This document shows positions 55,500 to 64,000 of a stretch of DNA of 64,000 bases, in pieces. A program made the translations under genes and the position numbers. Every line of letters begins with the position of its first letter. Position 1 is the first letter of the stretch. This DNA comes from Nageia nagi. Lineage: Eukaryota; Plantae; Pinophyta. The stretch spans positions 84,816,001 to 84,880,000 of the forward strand of contig JBITNC010000001.1 of the NCBI GenBank assembly GCA_050084985.1. Direction: 5' to 3'. Below the pieces are notes generated by a model. It saw nothing but the letters and a program-made list of their open reading frames with translations. It ran no database searches and was not told the origin of the DNA.

Positions 55500-57650
55500 T
55501 AAAATGTTATAGCACCCGAATCACATGATTGCACATGACCCACAAAATTGGTAAAAACTTCTATATATTAGGCTTGTACTTCAATGGATTTGAGGACTTA
55601 CATAAGTGCATCTCTATGAGCTTTAGAGGTCTAAAGTAAATCAAAAATGGATATTTTGGTTGTTAATGATTTTAATTGATGGGTGATACTAGATTTGAGT
55701 GTGACAATGAGACACCTTTAGTTTTTTTTATGAGTAGAACCTCTTGGATTTTGGGTTCCTCTATAATCATTATGCCTTGGAGCTTGATTTGAACTTGAGG
55801 TGTCCTGCTTTGGAGGGGTGTTCTTTTGGTTTCTTGTAATAGCATGGATCATTCCAACAAAATTTTGCAATGAAGGATTATTAACATAATTCACTTGGTT
55901 TGCATCAACATGGTTTTTTCTTGGAAGAGGATCCTTATAAACATTTAAATTTTGTTTAGGAGGTGCAAGTGGGTTTTCTATAACAAGGTCTCCCCTTTTA
56001 ATCAAATCTTGAATCACATTTTTAAGGTGATGGCACTTATCAGTTTGATGTCCTTTCACTCTATGGAAAGCATATTAATAATTTTCTCTATACCAAACAA
56101 GTTTTAGAACATTTGTATCTTGTTTTTTAATGTCAAGGAGTGTAATAATTTGTGCATTTAAACATATCTACAAAACATTAGAAAGTGAATCAAGGAAAGG
56201 GGTATAATCTCCCTTAGGTCTTGGTGGTCTTGGTCTAGGTTGGTTACCTTGCACTTGAGCTTTAGTTTGGATTGGATAGGGGTTGGTGGATGGTTGTGAT
56301 TGTGCAATAGGTGGTTTTATTAATGTTACTTTGTTCACTTTAGGTTGAGGATGGGTTGGAAAAGGTCCCTTCCTATTTTGATTATCTTTCTTATTTTGGA
56401 GCTTAACATCACCATTTTGAACATTCACATATTCAATCCTTTTAGCGATTCTAATAGCTTCTTCAAAAGATAGTAAATGTTGGATTTTAAGTGTATTGGA
56501 AATATGATTTGCACAAATTTTTGAAAATATGTGTGTCAATGTAGCTTGAGGTATGGGAAAGGTAATTTCATGAACAATAACTCTCCATCTTGTCACATAA
56601 TTAGTAATTGGTTCATCTAGAAATTGTTTAAGATTATATAAAACACTTAATGTGGTTTGTATTTTAATATTAATGGAAAAATGAGTAAGAAATACATTTT
56701 CCAATTGTTGAAAAGTGTGAAGAGAGTGTTTTCCCAAGCTATTGTACCAATTCAAAGCTTGTACACTTAAGATCATAAGGAATATTCTCAACATTAAAGG
56801 ATCAATATGATTAATCAAGTAGCATTCATGTGTGAACATTCTCAAATGATATTTTGGATATTCTTTACCTTTAAATTTATCAAAATTTGGAAGCTCAAAA
56901 TTGTTTGGCCAAACATAATATGGTATAGAAGGATGAATGGGTTCATTACACAATTGCTAGTATGTTTGGTTATGGTTTGGATCTTGGTTACCAAACTCTA
57001 ACTTTTGCAATCTATCAAGAATATCTTGGATAGAAGCTAGCAATGGATCCAATCTATTGGTATCTTGAAAATTGAAGAAAATTTTGTTGGTTTGATGTGA
57101 GGTGGATGCATGAGAGGTATGGATTGGTTGTGTATTAGCTTGAATGTGGTTTGTATGAGATTGCAAGATAATATATTATGGAATGATTGAGATATTTTTA
57201 GGAATGGGAATGTGTAAAAGATTTGGAACTTGAGTGGTGACTATGGTGGATGGTATGGAGGATAAAGGTATGGATTATAAAAAAATAAGAATGTTGGAAG
57301 AAGCAATAGAAGTTGTCCTCCTATTATTTGGGTCCAAATTGGGATCCACCATAATATCATTTTATAAGGATGTGGTGGGCATGGAAGATAAATTTGGAGT
57401 GTCCCAAAAGGATTCAATATGAGCTTGATTACTTGTTGGAGGTTGTGTAATAGCTAAATATATTAATTGGTTGGCAACTTGTTTAGCTTTAATAATTTCA
57501 CATATAGCTTCAGCATTGGACAACACATATTATGTAGGATCTTCCATGGATTCTTCTTATGTAGGATCTTCCATAGCTTGGGTCATAGCAAGAATAGACT
57601 GCTCTAGATTATCAAGGTTTTGTAGAACCTATTTTTTGGTTTGGACCATG
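55500..57650 (-). pseudogene. gag: gag of C
   Basis: ORF 56168-56953 FELPNFDKFKG..ALNWYNSL..FLTHF; knuckle CFHRVKGHQTDKC. Confidence 0.92.
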
Positions 57651-58829
57651 GATGGAAGAATCAAAATATAACACAAAAAGTTTAGCTCCCTTTTTTGGAA
57701 ATGTAGCCATGTTTTAACTATCTACAGAAATAACCTGGTAGTTTATTCATAAATTAAAATGTGACATCATTTTTAGAAACATGAGCACATTTCATCAAAG
57801 TATAAATCTTAAAAAATATTTGAATTTAAAGTTGATTTTACTTCAATTTTAGGATTTTTCAGAAATTGACAATCAGAAATAGAGAGCAAATCAATCACCA
57901 ATGCAAGCAATCTCATATGATACATGCAAGTTCATCCAATAACCCTATAATACTATTTTCTAATTTTGAATTATTTATTTTTTGAAGATGATTCTAGACA
58001 AGTAAGTTGAAAATGATCAAAAGCTAGTCCCTAGAAGAATTAAAGTGCTAAGGCTATCCCTCACTTAAATCAGGTTCATAGGTGAGATTTGTTGTAAACC
58101 TAGGGGAGACTATCTTGGTGAGTGGGCCAAGCATAGCCTAAGTTCTTGGTGATAAATCCAAGAAACCTATCTACTTGTTAGGGAAGAAATCCAAGGATCC
58201 CCTTTTGTGTGTGTATAAGTGAAAAAGGAAAATATGAATTAAATGAAGGGGTTCTTTCCCTTCTTACAATATCTTTTGATCACCCAAGACCACTTTATAG
58301 TGCAAGGAGAGAACATACTCCAAATTATAATGATTTAATGTTTATGTTCTTTAATCTCCTCCTTCAACCTTTTTCAAATTACTCAAATCACCTTTTAGTG
58401 CATGAGAGAATCTTATGTCAGTATTAAAAGGAAGTTTTAAGTGTAACAAGCAAGCATACACAACATATAAATCAAGAAACCTAGTTTCTTTTAAGCTCTC
58501 CAAAAGAAAATCTGATCTAAACATACACTTAGAGAGTAAAAGTGATGTTACAAGAGATGAAAAAGGTAAAATTTTTTGAGAATTTGTGCACCTAAGTTTT
58601 GAAGCACCTTGCAAAAGAAATGTGATCCCATTTGGCAAGTGGTAAGGTGACCCAACAATGTACTCACTCAAAAATGACCACTCTTGTAAAATATAGTCCC
58701 ATTTAGCATGGAAATATAGGATGATTAGAAACACAATTACATTTTGGAAATGTGGCTATGTTTATAGAAACATGTTTATGTGTCTCACTATGGAAAAAAA
58801 ATACAAAATGCCACCAAAACATACAAACT

Positions 58830-60861
58830 TGTAGATGTTGAATTCATAAAAATAGGAGATACTTATGTGGCAATGGAATCCTTGTATTTCATTAGTGAAT
58901 CCAAAAATAAAACAAGATTATTAAATCAAGCAAAAGGGTCCTTACCAAAAAACATGAAGGGAGGTCCCATCGGGCATTCCAAAATATTTCAAATAAAAGT
59001 GACCCCTTTCAAGATCACTGGAATCCTGAACATCTAACTAGTATGTGCAAACTAGATAAGATCTTATAAGCAAAAAATATAAAATAAACTTTATTAAAAA
59101 CCCTTAAGGAGGCTTCTTCAAGCCATCCTTTCAAATCAAAATCTCAAATGATCATAATGTAACCAACTCAAGGTGGTGTTAAGAAACACTAGAGATTACC
59201 TAATGATGTCATTTTTTTGATGATGGTACTTGATGCAGCTAATTGGATCCTAAAATGATGCTAAGTATTTCTTGTTAACAGGACATGGTGACCCAAGGTG
59301 TTTCAAAAATGCAAGGGTGTTTTCAAAATGCAGGGGCATTTCTCTATCAAAATGCAAGGACCATGGGTGTTTCAAAAACTACAAATATTCAAGGTAAAAT
59401 TTTGAAATCAATATGTATCATAAGAAAAAATATGACTAATGCATAAATAGAATATAAAAATAATGTTGAGAGACAAGATGGGTATGTCTTTGATTTAATA
59501 AGAGGAATAAAGCTTGAAATGACTAATTTCCAACTTTTCCCCAAGATCAATGCTTCCCAATCACTTCTGAAGCAAAATTCATCACTTCTAAGACTCAAGA
59601 ATCAACAAATTTGAAGCCCAATAATTGCACCAATTTCTAGTCTCAAAATGGAGATGAAAGTCTACTTAAATAGATTTCTAAGACATGTTGAATCACCAAT
59701 CTAGAATCCATATGAATTTAAAAAAAAGAATTGTTGCTTGATTGATCTCTAATTGAATTCAAAGTGGATTTGATTGGAGAAAAATTGGAGACATATCCAT
59801 TCAGGTTATCTTTTGTCTGTTGAAAATATTTTGAGCATAATTGATGAGTCATCAATTAATGACTTGAGTTTTAGATACTCCTATTTTCCTACTAGATGAT
59901 TCATCAATACATGGCAAGGTGATGTGTAAAATTTGTCTAACCATTTTCTTGCAAATTAGATAATAAATAAATTAGTCATATTAGTGTGACCAATATTAAT
60001 AGAATATTAAAATATTTTGACAATACAAAATAAATGTTCAAATATAATTAACATGACTAATGTTAATTAAATTTTAAGCATGAAAAGGCTAAGATCAAAA
60101 TCATAAATAACATGACTAATGTTAATTATAATTTCCAAATAAATGATTATGGACTAAAGTATAATAAATATCACTAAATTTAATTACACTTTAATAAAAA
60201 TATTATGGTCTAAAACATAATTAATATAAATAATATTAATTATCTTTCCCAAATGACTATGATCGAAATGCAATAAACATAATTAAGTGTAATTGCAATT
60301 CCCAAAATAAATGACTATGATCGAAACACAATAACCATGACTAAGTTTAAATGCATTTTCCAAAATAAATGACTATGATCTTAACACAATAAACATGACT
60401 AAGTTAATTATGATTCCCAAGTAAATAATTATGATAAAAAATACATTAAACATGCCTAAGTTTAAATGCATTTTTCAAAATAAAAGATTATGATCAAAAT
60501 GTAATAAACATGACTAAGTTTAATTGCAATTCCTAAGAATATGAGTACAATAAAAAATATATTAAACATGATTAAGTTTAAATACATTTTTTAAAATAAA
60601 GGATTATGATCGAAATGCAATAAATATGACTAAGTTTAATTATGATTCCCAAAAAAATGATTATGATCAAAAATACATTAAACATGACTAAGTTTTAAAT
60701 GCATTTTTCAAATTAAAGGACTATGATAAAAATATATTCAATAATTGATAATTAACAAAGCATCATAAAATGTGATCAAATTAACTAAATAGTCAAGCAT
60801 GCTAATGATAAAAAGGTGTTATGCCAAATGTAGCGCATGGTGCTAAATTTGAATGTCTACA
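58830..60861 (-). repeat. 5' LTR of C (~2 kb; inner boundary tentative)
   Basis: TGTAGA...TCTACA terminal inverted repeat; partial match to 45160-45906. Confidence 0.7.
60250..60735. repeat. ~58-bp tandem array (8-9 copies, degenerate copies back to ~60040) in the LTR of C
   Basis: Unit AATGACTATGATCGAAA..CAATAAACATGACTAAGTTTAA....TTCCCAAAATA at ~60251, 60310, 60368, 60424, 60482, 60540, 60598, 60656. Confidence 0.93.
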
Positions 60862-61009
60862 ATAATGGCATGAATATTTTTTTAGAATACCTCTTACATC
60901 TTATCCATATCCATATTTATGATATTGATTCCTTAAAATAGGTAGATCATGGTATTGATGATGTGGGATCCATCACAAAATTATGTGAGATCTTATCTAT
61001 GAGAGTAAG

Positions 61010-62939
61010 TGTAGACTAAAAATAAGGCATAAAAAATAAATAAATACAATATTTTTCTATAATATAATACTAAAGCATATATAAAAAATATGTCAATAGA
61101 TGAACATGATAAATGAGGTACATCCATTAGATCCACATCAATAGAAAATAATAGAGATCATACATCAATCGTAAAAACTCATTATAATAAATGTATGCCA
61201 TTAACAACCTAAATGAAGTAGGTTCATGCAAATGAATTGAAGTATGTAGAACAAGATGAAGAGTATTGTAGATCCAACTTCAAAGGAAATGACATACCAT
61301 GTATAATGCACATCATTAACAATCTAAAATATGAAGAACATGAACTCATGTAAAGAATAGAATATGATCACCACAACTAGTGTATAACAAATCTTAGGTT
61401 AATTGGTGGTGTCTAAAGATATTATGTTAGTTGTGGCACATGCCTTAGACTTTTTTGCATATGGAATATCTTGCTTTGAGTTTATTTTATAGATGCAATT
61501 ATTCTTAAGATCTACACCTTTTATATTGATATTTGCTTATGACATTTCTTATGGTGCATTTACACCATTTTTATAATAATATTATTTAATGTAATAAATA
61601 TGAATTATTAATTAATACTAAATCATATTTAGGCATCTACATTTTGCTCCTCTTTTGATATGTAATGAAAGGCATTGAAGTTGCATAATATAAATAATTA
61701 AAAAAGAAAAATATATGCTTGAAATTGAACCATTCTTCCTTGATCAATGCTGATTTTATGCCCCTTATATGCCCCTTTTTTATTTGAGTGCCCCATGAAA
61801 GCTCTATGAATGGGGTGATTAAGGAAAAAATAAGATGGGCGAAGATGATATTCTGAGGTTTCCCTAGGAATTCACCAAAAACTCTCATCTTGAAGGATCA
61901 ATGATATCTTTAGATTTACTCTCCAAATGAATTCCTTTGTCCATTGCCTATGTTCCAACCATAAAGTCTCTTCTTCTCGCTTGATAGATGGGTGTAACTC
62001 CTTTTTTTTTTTTATCTTGATTGCTTCCTTTTGATTTGCTTTCCTGCCATGTCAACACTAATATCTACTAAAGCAATGAATCACCATTAGTATCTACAAT
62101 ACAATGGCCAACATATCAATATTGGTATCTACCAAAGTAGTGGACAATAAATTGATGTTGGTATATATCAAAATAGTGGCCAATGAGTCACTTTTGAAAT
62201 CTACTAAAGCAATGGCCAATGAGAACTTGCATAAAAAGAGATCCAAATGAAACTCCTCAAATGTGCATAAAATCTTATCCCATGGGATAAAATCCTTTGA
62301 AATAGTGGGTTCACAAAATGTAGACTCAAAATAATGCATAAATAATAAATCAATGCACTATTTATCTATAATATAATATTGAAGCATATATAAGAAATAT
62401 GTCAATAAATGAACTTGATAAATGAGGTACCTTTTTTAGATCCACATCAACATGAAATAACAGAGATCATACATCAATCATGATAACTTATTATAAGAAA
62501 CTCACATCATTAATGGCCTAAATGAAGTATATTCTTGTTTAAAAATTGAAGTATTTAGAACAAGATGAAGAGTATTGCAAATCCAACTTTAAACATGATG
62601 ACATACCATGCATAACAAATATCGTTAATGACCTGAAATATGAAGAATATGACCTCATGTGAAGAACAAAATATGATAACTACAACTAGGCATAACAAAT
62701 CCAAGGTTAATTGGTAAAGACACTATATTAGTTATGGCACATTCCTAGGAGTTACCTGCATATAGAATATTTTGCTTTGATCTTCTTTTATAGATGCATT
62801 TGTTCTTGATATCTACACCTTTTACATTGAATTTGGTTATTACATTACTTGTAGAGCATTTATACTTTTCTATAATAACATTATTTAATGCAATAAATAT
62901 GAATTATTAATTAATAATAAATCATATTTAGGCTCTACA
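61010..62939 (-). mobile_element. Small non-autonomous LTR retrotransposon (TRIM/LARD-like)
   Basis: LTRs 61010-61641 and 62319-62939 (TGTAGAC..TCTACA); PPT TTTTGCTCCTCTT 61642-54; PBS-like GTGGGTTCACA ~62305-15; ~680-bp interior with no recognisable pol domain; eroded TSD GTAAG/ACAAA. Confidence 0.9.
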
Positions 62940-62973
62940 ACAAAATATCTCAAAACTATCGAGCTCATGAATA

Positions 62974-63574
62974 TGTTGATAAAAAATAATGGATTATAAT
63001 AAAATAAATTACTATTTCTCTATAATATTCTTACAAAATTATGCATGAGGATAATCATGTAATACTAGTGTGATTGAACTCTTCTCTTCATCATATTTGA
63101 GGCTCAAAGTCATGAATAGGTTCATTACTCAGATTTGGTTTAATATGATTGTAGAACTACAACATATGTGATATAGAATTAGCCTTGGTATGAAATCAAC
63201 ATTTTCATAATTATGAGATCTAAAGATGAAATTAATATAAGTAAAGTATGATGAAGAGTAGATAACATATCCTTATATTGGTGATGTTACAAAATATCAT
63301 CATGTTTGGATGATGTGACGTTCATATGTTGACCTATCTGATATTTGATTATCTGATAAATAATTCTTTTCTTTTGATATTCTTTTATAAAAAATGTATT
63401 GATCCTTTTCTTTTTTTGAGATTTATAAGTATTACATAGCTTATGGTACATTTATTGGTATTTACACAATTACATTGATTACAATACTCTTTTTGAACCT
63501 TTCAATATCTTTTACATCTTTGATACCTAAAATATGATTTCTATTTTATTAAAAATCATATTTAAGTGTATACA
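62974..63574 (-). repeat. 5' LTR of copy B
   Basis: TGTTGAT...GTGTATACA; aligns with 10232-10838 and 13110-13153. Confidence 0.87.
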
Positions 63575-64000
63575 ATTACTTACCTCATGAAGCTCCTCAT
63601 CTTTAACATTTGTAGTAGGCATATAATTATTACCAAAGATAGTATATAATGTGACACATAAGATACTATATAATGTTATTCTTGTCACACATATTTGTAA
63701 TATTACACCCAAAGTAAAAATTGATGCTATGCAAGATAATACTATCAATAATAGAGCATCGGTTGGCCATTATATATAAAATATAATTTTCAAAATTCAC
63801 AAATATGTCCCAATAATAATTAAATAATTGACTAAAATTGTTAGAATTTGTAATGAAATATTGTGAATATCTAAACTCCATGTAAATTCAATTAATCACT
63901 TAAAGGATATTTTGATACCTTAAGGGATTAATTGAATTCTTTATTATGTAAACTTTGACCTTACCATGTGGTTAGTTGGTAGGTTAAAGTTAGGTAATAT

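Larger units (their letters stand above)
45156..60861 (-). mobile_element. Ty3/Gypsy element C, Ogre/Retand-type (PR-RT-RH-aRH-INT), with an antisense PMD ORF
   Basis: ATAAT flanks both sides (45151-55 and 60862-66); terminus ..GTCTACA at 60861; repeat 45160-45906 matches 58990-59656; full pol domain set. Confidence 0.88.
13100..63574 (-). mobile_element. Ty3/Gypsy (Tat, RH-aRH-INT order) copy B, split into five pieces by nested insertions
   Basis: Pieces 13100-14613, 34442-38696, 44133-45155, 60862-61009 and 62940-63574 rejoin to match copy A; the integrase reading frame GPNFK|GKDMKSFCKKF is restored across insertion D. Confidence 0.88.

Noticed and set aside
57694-58763. 21-bp direct repeat TTTGGAAATGTRGCYATGTTT ~1 kb apart in the 5' UTR of C
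   Set aside because: Too short and without termini to support a separate element
60250-60735. CRISPR-like array
   Set aside because: Whole units repeat with no unique spacers, there are no cas genes, and the context is a eukaryotic LTR

Overview
AT-rich plant heterochromatin, nearly devoid of CpG and most likely from a gymnosperm. It is made almost entirely of old, nested, pseudogenised retrotransposons; I find no intact host gene, RNA gene or CRISPR array. Structure reconstructed by eye: (1) 0-6.8 kb holds fragments: a (TA)n tract, the 3' end of a plus-strand Gypsy element, a MITE-like inverted repeat and minisatellites. (2) Gypsy copy A is on the minus strand at ~7040-10838. (3) An orphan PPT-LTR-PBS unit lies at 12311-12729. 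(4) Gypsy copy B, the same family as A (minus strand, ~13100-63574, originally ~8 kb), has taken four independent insertions. These are a TatII-type Gypsy D (+, 14614-34441, whose 5' LTR carries a full-length L1 LINE at 14663-20406), a Ty1/Copia (-, 38697-44132), an Ogre/Retand-type Gypsy C with an antisense Plant Mobile Domain ORF (-, 45156-60861), and a small non-autonomous LTR element (-, 61010-62939). Target-site duplications can be read or reconstructed at every insertion. The most interesting leads are: D lacks a PPT and has a tRNA-like -CCA motif in its place; D carries a large uncharacterised extra ORF; a motif in the protease-RT linker is conserved across two families; A and B share flanking DNA, implying an ancient local duplication; and an LTR contains a higher-order 58-bp repeat array. 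All alignments were done by eye and no searches were run.
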